Below are positions 40,073-49,720 of a stretch of 64,000 nt of DNA, piece after piece (the stretch's first letter is position 1; each line of letters opens with the position of its first letter). Below the pieces are notes generated by a model. That model saw nothing but the letters and a program-made list of their open reading frames with translations. It was not told the origin of the DNA and made no database searches. Location of the stretch: positions 1 through 64,000 of the forward strand of contig CAXXMB010000001.1 in NCBI GenBank assembly GCA_963668675.2, given 5' to 3'. Made by a program: the position numbers and the translations under genes. Origin of the DNA: an uncultured Desulfatitalea sp. (lineage in GTDB: Bacteria > Desulfobacterota > Desulfobacteria > Desulfobacterales > Desulfosarcinaceae).

Positions 40073-40591
40073 ATGATTCTCAAGCCCCAAGATGTTTTTG
40101 TGTTAATTAAATTGATTTCAATTTATCCACATGAGTGGGCTTACAATACCTTGGCTGTTGATTTGGGCATGAGTCCATCCGAAGTGCATGCCGCTGTAAA
40201 GCGCTCTATCAAAGCTGGATTGGCAAATCAGGGTGAGTCCCAAATTAAACCCAATATCAGCAGGCTTGAAGAATTTCTTGTTCATGGCATCCAGTACGTA
40301 TTCGTTCCGGACAGAGGCGAGCTGACGCGCGGACTACCCACCGCTTTTGCGGCTAAGCCTTTGCTCGGAAAAATAGTTATGCCGGATGAGCCCGCGCCTG
40401 TTTGGCCGGACCCGGAAGGTTCTGAACGTGGTCAGGCATTCTCGCCGCTGTATAAATCCGTACCCAAAGCAGCACGGAAAGATGCGATCCTTTATGAATA
40501 CCTGGTGATCGTCGATGCTATTCGAGGCGGTAGAGCCCGAGAGCGGGAGTTGGCGATAAAAGAATTAAAGATGCGATTCAGGCAATGGTGA
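40073..40591 (+). CDS. HTH protein, putative antitoxin/regulator of a type IV TA-like pair
   Basis: MILKPQD start; LAVDLGMSPSEVHAAVKR helix-turn-helix; overlaps the next gene. Confidence 0.7.
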   Translation: MILKPQDVFVLIKLISIYPHEWAYNTLAVDLGMSPSEVHAAVKRSIKAGLANQGESQIKPNISRLEEFLVHGIQYVFVPDRGELTRGLPTAFAAKPLLGKIVMPDEPAPVWPDPEGSERGQAFSPLYKSVPKAARKDAILYEYLVIVDAIRGGRARERELAIKELKMRFRQW

Positions 40592-41289
40592 TAAAAAAAG
40601 ACCACCCCAATATCAAAATCCTTGAATCGGCCATTCAAAAACTTGGCCCGTTGGTCGATGAAATGGTTTTTTTGGGAGGCTGCGCTACCTGCTTGCTTCT
40701 TACCGATCCGGCCACACCGCCCCCCCGTGTAACCTATGATGTTGACGTCATCGTAAAAGCAGCATCTTTGTTGGATTATCACAGGTTGTCTGAAAAACTC
40801 AGAAGGCATAATTTTTCTGAAGACCTGAGTCCTGACGCACTCATATGCCGGTGGCGGTGCGGTGAGACCATTTTGGATGTCATGCCGACGCATTCGGACA
40901 TCCTTGGATTTGGGAATCAATGGTATGCGGCCGCCTACACCGCCGCAATCTCTGTGCCACTGCCTTCCGGCAAACTGATTAGGGTGTTACCAGCGCCATA
41001 CTTTTTGGCCACTAAAATCGATGCCTTCAAAGGGCGGGGTAACCAGGATTTTCTTTTGAGCAAGGATATGGAGGATATCGTAACCATTTTGGATGGAAGA
41101 CCGGAGATCGTCGATGAAATTCAGCAGGTGGCTGACGATTTAAGATCATACCTGTCCGATGCACTCTCAGAACTATTGAACAACAGACGATTTACTGACG
41201 CTCTGCCTGGCCACTTGCCACCTGACAAAGCCAGTCAATCCAGATTGCCGATCATTCTCAAGCGCATTGATTCAATATCGAAGCTTTAG
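40585..41289 (+). CDS. Predicted nucleotidyltransferase (AbiEii-like toxin fold)
   Basis: FLGGCA, RVTYDVD, FLATKIDAF..RG, KDMEDI motifs. Confidence 0.75.
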   Translation: MVIKKDHPNIKILESAIQKLGPLVDEMVFLGGCATCLLLTDPATPPPRVTYDVDVIVKAASLLDYHRLSEKLRRHNFSEDLSPDALICRWRCGETILDVMPTHSDILGFGNQWYAAAYTAAISVPLPSGKLIRVLPAPYFLATKIDAFKGRGNQDFLLSKDMEDIVTILDGRPEIVDEIQQVADDLRSYLSDALSELLNNRRFTDALPGHLPPDKASQSRLPIILKRIDSISKL

Positions 41290-41415
41290 GGACAAGAATA
41301 GCCGATTAATACCGTTTCCATCTCCAGTAAATTGAGAAAACGATAAAAAAAGATTAAATACGGTATGTTAAGGTTCGGTGGCGTAAACAGAGAATGTTAT
41401 GAAGAGGGTTACACT

Positions 41416-41510
41416 CGGGGAGCCAAAAATATCAAGGGGTTAGCAACTTACTGCTAACCCCTTTTCTATTCTGTGTGAGAATCCGTGTGAGACTTTTTCG
41501 AACCATTTGC
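41416..41510 (+). repeat. att-like site 1: tRNA-Asn 3' end, hairpin and TGTGAGA repeats
   Basis: CGGGGAGCCA equals the last 10 nt of the tRNA; downstream about 85 bp closely match 47173-47255. Confidence 0.8.
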
Positions 41511-41577
41511 TTACATTTAGTATATTGGGAATGTTGAACTGAGAAAGGAACTGTGGTTTGTTTTTCGGAGGTGGCAT

Positions 41578-41620
41578 ATGGCCCGGTTGGTTTGGATTAG
41601 ATGCCCAGGCCATTTTACAT
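41578..41620 (+). pseudogene. Possible frameshifted 5' remnant of a REP-associated (Y1) transposase
   Basis: GGAGG RBS, ATG, then MARL..(R)LDA(PG)ILH-like sequence across frameshifts; very short. Confidence 0.35.
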
Positions 41621-41835
41621 TTTTTTGTTCAGTGGGATATTCTTAATGTATCGATAGTTGGAGGATATTAGGTCATGTTGTTAGATATCAATACCACCAA
41701 CAAACGAGGTCGATAATGATTTTCTAAATTTATCGATTTGATTTTAAAATTTATCCTTTCGGAAAAGGCCTTTTCAGAAACAGTTACACGATATCTGGAA
41801 CAACTCGGCAAGCTCACGAATGACAGGATGTAACA

Positions 41836-42948
41836 ATGGGAAAACATCTGGCTCTTATCGGCGGCGGTCATGCCCACATGGTTACCTTGGCCAAGTTGTA
41901 TACTTTTATTGAAAAGGGTCACCGTGTTACTGTTATCGGCCCCTCCGACCATCATTACTATTCAGGCATGGGGCCGGGTATGCTCGGGAAAACCTACACC
42001 TCTGCCGAAATCCGGTTTGCAACTCGTCATGTAGTTGAGAAACAGGGCGGGACCTTTATCCGAGACAAAGCGGTTCGGATTATAGCCGGGGAAAAAAAAG
42101 TGAAATTGGCTTCCGGAGAGACAGTTGGCTATGATGTCATTTCCTTTAATGTTGGGAGTTTTGTGCCCCGTCTCGATTTGCCCGAGGATGCTAAGGACAT
42201 TTATACTGTCAAGCCCATTGAAAGGCTGATGGAAGCTCAGGCACGTATCCTGGAATTGGCAGCGCAAAAAAGAATAACCATCGGTATTCTGGGAGGCGGA
42301 CCATCCTCAGCTGAGGTTTCTGGAAACATCTGGCAGCTGATACGGGATGCCGGCTGGACGATGCCGAAGATAACGATTTTCGCCGGCAAACGATTCATGT
42401 CACGTTTCCCGGACAACGTTCGCTTCAAAGTGGAGCGGTCACTAACGCGGCGGGGTATTGAAATCAACACCGGAGGGTATGTCCAGTCCATCCAATCGGG
42501 GATAGTGACCCTTGCGTCCGGTGAAACACGAACACTGGATTTCATTTTTCTGGCCGTCGGCGTCAAGCCGAACCCCGTATTCAGCAATTCGGGGCTTGCC
42601 ACGGGTCCCGATGGCGGACTGCTTGTCAATGAGTTCCTTCAGAGCGTTGATTATCCGGAGATGTTCGGCGGCGGAGATTGCATCTATTTCGAAAAACAAC
42701 CATTGGACAAGGTTGGCGTCTATGCCGTGCGGCAGAATCCTGTGCTTTATGCGAATCTGATGGCCGCACTCGAAGGTAGACCGCTGCAGCCTTTTGATCC
42801 AGGGGGGGACTACCTGCTCATATTGAACATGGGAGGTGGGATTGGCGTTTTGCGTAAACGCTGGCTGCTGTTGGATGGAAAACCAGCTTTCTTTATTAAG
42901 GACTATATCGACAGAAAATTCATGAAAAAATTCCAGGCTATCGAATAA
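41836..42948 (+). CDS. FAD-dependent pyridine nucleotide-disulfide oxidoreductase (similar to the N-terminal domain of SelD fusions)
   Basis: IGGGHAH, YYSGMGPG, VKPIE, GGGDC, KVGVYAVRQ, KDYIDRKFM. Confidence 0.85.
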   Translation: MGKHLALIGGGHAHMVTLAKLYTFIEKGHRVTVIGPSDHHYYSGMGPGMLGKTYTSAEIRFATRHVVEKQGGTFIRDKAVRIIAGEKKVKLASGETVGYDVISFNVGSFVPRLDLPEDAKDIYTVKPIERLMEAQARILELAAQKRITIGILGGGPSSAEVSGNIWQLIRDAGWTMPKITIFAGKRFMSRFPDNVRFKVERSLTRRGIEINTGGYVQSIQSGIVTLASGETRTLDFIFLAVGVKPNPVFSNSGLATGPDGGLLVNEFLQSVDYPEMFGGGDCIYFEKQPLDKVGVYAVRQNPVLYANLMAALEGRPLQPFDPGGDYLLILNMGGGIGVLRKRWLLLDGKPAFFIKDYIDRKFMKKFQAIE

Positions 42949-43024
42949 TGAACGATATGTGCGGCAAAATAGCGCGGGATATGGACTCGATTTCTGAATA
43001 CGATGCAACTTAAGTTTTATAGAG

Positions 43025-43203
43025 AACCGGGTATATGCAAAAGCGAAAAAGGAGAACCCCGAGCGCTGGACGGGCGCCACGCGCAATTTCGGACCGGTCC
43101 AACAGGTATGGCTGAACCCGAACGTAATATTAATGGTTCATAGGAAGCGATTTTTGAAATAGATAGATCTAGTAAAATGCGACATCTTCGTTGACAACGA
43201 CCG
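43025..43203 (+). mobile_element. IS3-family transposase 3' remnant with right end
   Basis: Translates NRVYAKAKKENPERWTGATRNFGPVQQVWLNP; followed by end-like TGCGACATCTTCGTTGACAACGACCG. Confidence 0.7.
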
Positions 43204-43223
43204 GTTTAGAGCGGGCAGCTGTC

Positions 43224-44432
43224 TCACGCTTGTCGAACTTCTTCAGCCACAGGTAATTCGGGCAGCTTCTGTACCTTCGGACGCCTCCTTTTTCGGGTTT
43301 TTACTGGAATCAGATTTCGCATCAATTCCAATTTCCCGAAGCATAGCAATCGATCTCCAGCTTCAATAATTCGCTGTGAGCGAGGGTTGGGGATGACCGC
43401 CGTTCCTCGATAAAGCGTCAGAACCACGATGTCCTTGTCACGCAAGCCGGATTCTTGAATTGATTTACCAATATAATCGGAGCCCAAGGGAATGTATATT
43501 TCTGCAACCCCATACCCACGGCTCACAGTCAGTCGCTGGCGCAGGTCAATCTCTGGAAAATTAATTTGGGCTGAAATGTAGTCAATAATGGTGCCTGCGA
43601 TGTCAAGCTGGGTACACCCTTCAATGCCTTCCAGGCCGGGGGAGGAATTTACTTCCATAATTTGTGGGCCGAGCTGTCCCTCAAGCATGTCGACGCCGGC
43701 TACACGAAGTCCCATTATTTGCGCAGCTCGAACGGCAGTTTCGCAGTACTCTTCATCAAGCGTTACCGGCTCGGCGATGCCGCCTCGGTGTACATTGCTG
43801 CGAAACTCCTGCCCTTGTGCAATACGGCGCATAGCCGCAACCACCTGATCACCGACCACAAAGGCTCGAATATCCCGGCCTTTGCTTTCGGCAACAAATT
43901 TCTGGATCAATACGTTTTGCTTTTGGCTCTGCAGCAGCTCGATAATGGCTTCGGCTGATTGTTCAGTCTCAGCTAAAAGGACACCGATCCCCTGGGTTCC
44001 TTGCAACAGCTTGATAATGACCGGAGCCCCACCGACGCGCGCTATTGCCGGCATTACATCTTTCTTGTCTCGGACGAAAGTTGTTTTAGGAATACCGATT
44101 TGATGTCGACTTAAAATTTGCAGACTTCGAAGCTTGTCACGTGAGGTTGAGATGCTTGCTGATGTATTTGCGCAGAACACATCCATCTGTTCAAATTGTC
44201 TTACCACAGCTGTACCGAAGTAGGTAATCGATGCGCCAATCCTCGGCAAAACGGCATCGTATGAGGAAAGTTCTTTCTGTCGAAAATAAAGATTCGGCTT
44301 GCCCTTTTCGAGATCAATCGCGAACTTGAGCGTATTGAGCACTTTAACTACATGCCCTCGCTGTTCAGCCGCTTCGCGAAGCCGTCGCGTACTGTAGCAC
44401 TTTAAATTGCGTGAAAGAATTGCAAGTTTCAT
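43224..44432 (-). CDS. rimK: RimK-family alpha-L-glutamate ligase with C-terminal RCK_C (TrkA-C) domain
   Basis: YSTRRL, PRIGAS, RDKLRSLQ, GTQGIGV, FRSNVHRGG, EVNSSPGLEGIE; tail IGKSIQESGLR...VIPNP...IEAGDRLLCFG. Confidence 0.92.
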   Translation of the reverse strand: MKLAILSRNLKCYSTRRLREAAEQRGHVVKVLNTLKFAIDLEKGKPNLYFRQKELSSYDAVLPRIGASITYFGTAVVRQFEQMDVFCANTSASISTSRDKLRSLQILSRHQIGIPKTTFVRDKKDVMPAIARVGGAPVIIKLLQGTQGIGVLLAETEQSAEAIIELLQSQKQNVLIQKFVAESKGRDIRAFVVGDQVVAAMRRIAQGQEFRSNVHRGGIAEPVTLDEEYCETAVRAAQIMGLRVAGVDMLEGQLGPQIMEVNSSPGLEGIEGCTQLDIAGTIIDYISAQINFPEIDLRQRLTVSRGYGVAEIYIPLGSDYIGKSIQESGLRDKDIVVLTLYRGTAVIPNPRSQRIIEAGDRLLCFGKLELMRNLIPVKTRKRRRPKVQKLPELPVAEEVRQA

Positions 44433-44838
44433 TTCTTCTCCAATATTTTTGACTTTCCTTTTGCAGGCAACGGATCATCTCTGTAAGCCGACTATTTTGA
44501 TCCTTATGCACTGAGGATTGTGGCAGAATGGCCAGTGTTAGAGAAGTATAGCCGATAAATCCAGCATCTGATCCCACCTTTATTTTTAGCACAATGGATT
44601 GTGGTTCACCAGAGATTATAACAATTCTTGAAAAAGCATAAGTTATCCTTCCAATCAATACGAACATTCAGTATGTGTTGCCTCCTATTCGATCATCGCT
44701 GGCAAGTTACGCTTTAACAAGGTGTTTTCGTATTATCGGTTGATAATATTATGCTTACCGGTATAAAATCATTATTCAACGGGTGAAAGACACTCGCAAC
44801 CTTGTTCCATCGTAAGTATCGTACGATGGGGTAGAAAT

Positions 44839-45348
44839 ATGCAGGAACGCATTGAAATGACTGAGTTGAAAATTGGTTGGAAAGAGTGGGTGTCTCTGCC
44901 GGATCTTCGGATACCAGGAATAAAAGCAAAAGTGGATACCGGAGCGCGGACATCGGCCCTGCATGCCTCCCACATAACCACTTTCACTAAACCATCGGGG
45001 CGTTGGGTACGCTATGTTGTTCGGCCCTTGCGCAAACATCCTGAAATTGAAATCCAGTGTGAGTCAAAACTGCTGGACAGGCGTGATATCAAAAGTTCCA
45101 GCGGACAGGTAGAATCCCGTTATGTCATCGAAACATCCGTTGTGCTGGGCGAGGCAAGGTGGTCGGCGACACTGTCCTTAACCAGTCGCGACGATATGTT
45201 GTTCCGGATGCTCCTCGGAAGAACTTCGTTACCCGGCAACACGATTATTTATCCGGGTGAAAAATATCTCACCGGAAAGGTCAGACTAAAAAAATGCTAT
45301 CCGGAATTAAGGAAAGGCGATAAGAAACGGAAAAAAGACAGGCCTTGA
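44839..45348 (+). CDS. RimK-associated retropepsin-like protease (RimB-like, 'ATP-dependent zinc protease' family)
   Basis: IGWKEWV, AKVDTGARTSALH, FRMLLGR. Confidence 0.88.
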   Translation: MQERIEMTELKIGWKEWVSLPDLRIPGIKAKVDTGARTSALHASHITTFTKPSGRWVRYVVRPLRKHPEIEIQCESKLLDRRDIKSSSGQVESRYVIETSVVLGEARWSATLSLTSRDDMLFRMLLGRTSLPGNTIIYPGEKYLTGKVRLKKCYPELRKGDKKRKKDRP

Positions 45349-45551
45349 CCAGGCCAGGCGATTCGTGGCAAAAAATCCTCTGACTGCTGGTTTGCTGGGC
45401 CGCGCATGGTGATGTGGTCACCGTAACGTAAATTATATGCCGGCCAATATCCTCAAAGATGGTTAGATGTCGGAAATCGAGTGATTGAGGCTATCGATAT
45501 CATCAGGCAGAAACGTGGGCAACACGCTTGATATTTCTGCACTCCATAAAA

Positions 45552-46568
45552 CTACCAGCTTTCTTCGGAAATTTCTTCCCTGAATCCTTCGATCATTGGT
45601 TCGATCCCTTTGAGTCGATCCAGGTGTGCGATGTGAACGACGGCGTCGCCGCGATAAACAAGGGGTAGGTTCAACCGGCCGATGACCATCCCAGATACCG
45701 GAGATGTGATATCAACACCCTGGCCGCCGAAAGGATCGTCAATTTCGCCAATTTTAGAGTTCTTCACCACCCGGGCTCCGAGAGGATCCTTCATACGCAG
45801 GATACCGCTGGCCGGTGCACGAACCCAGGAGGTGGTATCTGTCACCAAAGGCTCGATTTCGGAGGCTGATATTTTCTTGGATGTCAGCATTCCCAGCGCC
45901 TGCATGACCGACATGACTCCGCGCATGCCCGCCCGAATCGCCACTTCATCAAACCGCAGTGATTCCCCCGCTTCGTACAGGAGCATCGTTATTCCCATTT
46001 CAGCCGCTGCATGCCGTAGAGAACCGTCCCGCAATTTAGCGTTAATTATGACGGGTACCTTGAAGGCCTTGGCCAGACGAAGCGTTTCGGGATCATCGAT
46101 TGCGGCCCGGATTTGGGGTAAATTTGCCCGGTGGTTCGATCCGGCATGCAGGTCGATCCCGTGTGTGCTTCCCTGAACCACTGTTTCCACAAAGGTGCCG
46201 GCCAATTGGGACGTCAGCGATCCTTTTTCCAAACCCGGGAAAAATCGGTTGAGATCGCGCCGATCCGGGGAATACCGGGAGCGTTGCAGAAAGCCATAAA
46301 CATTGACCACGGGAACCGCCAGAAGCGTGCCCCTAATCGATTTCAGTCGCTTCAGCTTGATTAACCGCCGGATGATCTCTGTGCCGATAATCTCGTCGCC
46401 GTGAATAGCGCCGCTGACAAACAGGCGAGGGCCCTCGCGCCGACCATGCAGAACATGCACCGGCATGGTCAATTCGGTATGGGTGTATAGAGGGGCAACG
46501 GGCACATGAATGGTTGCCTGCTCTCCCGGCTTGATCTTGGTTCCGGCGACGGTTATTGCTGACTGCAT
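45552..46568 (-). CDS. Succinylglutamate desuccinylase/aspartoacylase-family (M14) peptidase
   Basis: HGDE, DLNRFFPG, IDLHAG, LYEAGE. Confidence 0.9.
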   Translation of the reverse strand: MQSAITVAGTKIKPGEQATIHVPVAPLYTHTELTMPVHVLHGRREGPRLFVSGAIHGDEIIGTEIIRRLIKLKRLKSIRGTLLAVPVVNVYGFLQRSRYSPDRRDLNRFFPGLEKGSLTSQLAGTFVETVVQGSTHGIDLHAGSNHRANLPQIRAAIDDPETLRLAKAFKVPVIINAKLRDGSLRHAAAEMGITMLLYEAGESLRFDEVAIRAGMRGVMSVMQALGMLTSKKISASEIEPLVTDTTSWVRAPASGILRMKDPLGARVVKNSKIGEIDDPFGGQGVDITSPVSGMVIGRLNLPLVYRGDAVVHIAHLDRLKGIEPMIEGFREEISEESW

Positions 46569-47138
46569 GTTCCCCTGCCTAAGGTATGAGTATTATCGGA
46601 AGCAGCGTTTTTCTTGAAATACACAGACTTGACGACTGACCATACACCACCCACAATCAACGGTAAAGAAAAGGATTGAAGCATCGTCAATTCTGTCTAA
46701 AAACAATAGCAATTTACCTAGAAGATTATTGTCACTATAGTTGTGAAAAGATTTCTTTGATTACCACTCACAGTGAATTGTAGAACACAACAGAGAATAT
46801 AATAGCAAAACAGCGACCATTGCGTTGCTGATCGCAGCTATGAATATTGGTCAGGCGGCAGCTGTTTCTGCGGTGGACAAACAGATAGTTGGCTGGGTAG
46901 AAATTGCCAGACGCTGATAGGCCGGAGTTTTATAGAAGATTTGTTTCTCATTACCCCGGAGCTTATCTTTGTCAGTAAAACGGATTGCGGGATTGTGAAT
47001 TGAAAAGCATCATGGGGGTGAGCCATATCTCCCCCGCCCACCTTGTTTTCGGCGAGCAGGCACCCAAAATATACGCCTGAGACGACCCGGAAAGATTTTA
47101 TTGTGGTTTGTCATACCATTTTTTTACTTCGTTTCCTA

Positions 47139-47255
47139 TAGGTTGTAAGTTTGAGTCTTACCCGGAGGGCCAAAAATATCAAGGGGCTAGCAAATTTCTG
47201 CTAACCCCTTTTGCATTTTGTGTGAGAATCCGTTCGAGATTTTCACCATGTTGCC
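47139..47255 (+). repeat. att-like site 2: degenerate tRNA-Asn 3' half plus hairpin
   Basis: 47139-47172 matches tRNA 39635-39668 at 29/34; same hairpin and TGTGTGAGAATCCGT as site 1. Confidence 0.88.
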
Positions 47256-47360
47256 TGCTAAAATCATGGGGTACTATCGTATGGCTTAATCCATCAGCGA
47301 ATTGCCGTAGCGCTGCCCCTGTTTCCTACCGTTACCAACCTTTCGTTTTGGGGCCACTAC

Positions 47361-49154
47361 TCAATCATCCGGATACATTGCATTGATCTCTTTTTCGAAT
47401 TGAGCGATTGCCACATTCTTTTTGAGTTTCATTGTTGGCGTCAGCATGCCGTTTTCGATGGTGAACTCCGGTACGATGGTGATCTTCTTGATCGTTTCGA
47501 ACTTGGCGAATTCCTTGTTCTTATCGGCCACTTCCTTTTCGATCATCGCCTGCACCTTGTCGTTGGCAATCAACTCTTCCAATGAGTTGAAAGTGATGCC
47601 CTGGGCCTGGGCCCATTCCGGCACATTTTCAGGATCGATGGTGACGAGTGCGCTGAGGAATTTACGCTTGTCGCCGATGATGCATATCTGATTGATGTAC
47701 TTGGACGTGGCGATGACCCCTTCTATGGAGGCCGGCGCAATGTTTTTACCGCCGGCAGTGATGATGAGATCCTTTTTCCGACCGGTTATTTTCAAGAAGT
47801 TTTCGCTGTCGATCTCACCAATATCGCCGGTGTACTGCCATCCGTCGGGTGTTATCGTCTCAGCCGTCTCTTCCGGCATTTTGTAATACTCCTTCATGAC
47901 GTTTCTACCGCGATACATTACTTCACCATCGTCGGCGGTTTTCTGCTCGATGCCGGGACCTGGAGGGCCGACCCAGCCGAAGCGATAGTTGTCGTAACGG
48001 TTGAGATTTGTAAACGATGTATTTTCCGTCATACCGATACCCTCAAGAACCAAAATTCCGGCGGCGTGGAAGAACTTGGCAATGGAGGGGTTCAACGGTG
48101 CTGCGCCGCTGATGCACCATTTAACCCTGCCGCCCAGGGCTGCCTGTACTTTGCTGAAGACCAGCTTGGTGGCCAGTGCATATTTGATTCCCAACCCAAA
48201 GGGGATGGGCTGTTTGTTGAGCTTGCAGTCGCTGACCGCTTCTCCCACTTCACAGGCCCACCGGAATATTTTCAGTGCGACACCGCCCTTGGCTTCCGCC
48301 CCGCTGATGACCTTGGAGTAGACTTTTTCGTAGATGCGGGGCACGCTGGCAAACCAGTGCGGGCTGGCCACGCCGATATCTTCGACAATGGTATCCATGC
48401 TGCGGGTGAATGTCGTTTCGCACCCGGTGAGCAGAGTGGCGTAAACACAGGTGCGGGCGAAAACATGGGCCAGCGGCAGGAATAAAAATACGCTCTCCCC
48501 TTCACTGATATTGGTACTGCCTTTCACCGACTGGGCCGTAAAGGTGATGTTGTCGTGGGTCAGCACCGCGCCTTTGGGAACTCCTGTCGTGCCGGAGGTG
48601 TAAACAATGCCTGCCGGGTCTGACGACGTCACGGCGTTCACGCTTGAATCGAAATCGGTATCGGCGACATCCTTGCCCAACGCCAGAAAGTCTTCGAAGC
48701 TGATGACCCAATCGTCTGTCGGTACGTCTCCGGTAAACAGAACCACCTTGCGAATTTCGGGAATCTCAGCTCGGATTTCCATCAACTTGGCCAGTTGTGC
48801 ATTGTCCTCGGCAAAAATCACCACCGCATCCGAGTGATCGACGATATAACGGACATCCTTGGGCAGGTTGGACTGGTAGATGCCCACCGTCACCGCTCCG
48901 ATGCTGGTGATGCCCATATCGCACAGCACCCATTGATAGCGCGAATAGCTGAGAATGTTGACCTTGTCACCTTTTTCCACCCCCAGCGCCATGAGCGATT
49001 TGCCCACCTGTCGGACCTGATCGTAAAACTGGTTCCAAGTCACCGAATCGGTTTGCCCAGGTTCCGTAAACCACTTGTAGGCGCTTGTCTCGCCATATCT
49101 ATCGACCGTTTGTTTAAGCATGGCGTGAATGTTGGGATAATCGATAAACTCCAT
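47361..49154 (-). CDS. Long-chain fatty acid--CoA ligase
   Basis: YTSGTTGVPKG, FLPLAHVF, EGIGMTE, TGDIG, GRKKDLIITAGGKNIAP, LTPTMKLK. Confidence 0.93.
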   Translation of the reverse strand: MEFIDYPNIHAMLKQTVDRYGETSAYKWFTEPGQTDSVTWNQFYDQVRQVGKSLMALGVEKGDKVNILSYSRYQWVLCDMGITSIGAVTVGIYQSNLPKDVRYIVDHSDAVVIFAEDNAQLAKLMEIRAEIPEIRKVVLFTGDVPTDDWVISFEDFLALGKDVADTDFDSSVNAVTSSDPAGIVYTSGTTGVPKGAVLTHDNITFTAQSVKGSTNISEGESVFLFLPLAHVFARTCVYATLLTGCETTFTRSMDTIVEDIGVASPHWFASVPRIYEKVYSKVISGAEAKGGVALKIFRWACEVGEAVSDCKLNKQPIPFGLGIKYALATKLVFSKVQAALGGRVKWCISGAAPLNPSIAKFFHAAGILVLEGIGMTENTSFTNLNRYDNYRFGWVGPPGPGIEQKTADDGEVMYRGRNVMKEYYKMPEETAETITPDGWQYTGDIGEIDSENFLKITGRKKDLIITAGGKNIAPASIEGVIATSKYINQICIIGDKRKFLSALVTIDPENVPEWAQAQGITFNSLEELIANDKVQAMIEKEVADKNKEFAKFETIKKITIVPEFTIENGMLTPTMKLKKNVAIAQFEKEINAMYPDD

Positions 49155-49273
49155 ATAGCTTTCTCCTCCTTTGTGCGGCAGAGGCCTACCGCGGTCCATA
49201 TGCATTGCTCATAAAATTTAAAATAGTACAATGTTTACATAAAGGTCAATAATACAAACCGGCGTTCAATTTT

Positions 49274-49291
49274 ATCATACAAATGTATGAT
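49274..49291. promoter_or_regulatory. Palindromic operator (GntR/FadR-like) upstream of the acyl-CoA ligase
   Basis: ATCATACA-AA-TGTATGAT perfect dyad. Confidence 0.55.
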
Positions 49292-49400
49292 TGCTGTCGC
49301 CTATTGAAAAATACTACCCCAGATGACTCTGCCGGCCATGAATCATGTCGGCACTTGGAATCGGCATAGGGTACACTGTGTATCGAGTTGTGAAACGGGT

Positions 49401-49484
49401 GACGTCTTAAGTTCGATTCTCGTCCGGGGAGCCAAGCAACGACAAAGGGCTTAGAAGAAATTCTAAGCCCTTTGTCGTTGCTTG
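49401..49484 (+). repeat. att-like site 3: degenerate tRNA-Asn 3' half plus perfect 24-bp hairpin
   Basis: 49401-49434 matches tRNA 39635-39668 at 27/34; stem 49433-49456/49461-49484 with GAAA loop. Confidence 0.82.
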
Positions 49485-49720
49485 AAGATTTTATTTTCAA
49501 CCATATTTCCGACCTTGAATGTAACGTCCAGTTTTAGAGGTCCATTTTCAGGGAGCGTGGGCATTCGATTTGATGAGAAATAGCGGGACCTGCGAACGCT
49601 CGTGCCGAACCCTTTCGGTCACAACGATTGATATGGTGCTATTAGGTATGCTCTAAAATGCAAGCGATTGTAATCGCGATTAAATCATCCGCAGCCACTG
49701 ATCCTTTGGACAGCAGTCAC

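Noticed and set aside
41836..42948. Selenoprotein or SelD fusion
   Set aside because: No in-frame TGA and no SelD domain follows the TAA stop
46600..47130. Possible decayed gene or integrase remnant before att-like site 2
   Set aside because: No recognisable motif in any frame by eye; needs TBLASTN
47139..47172. Additional functional tRNA genes at 47139 and 49401
   Set aside because: Only the 3' half is present, there is no D arm or anticodon arm, and the T arm is mutated
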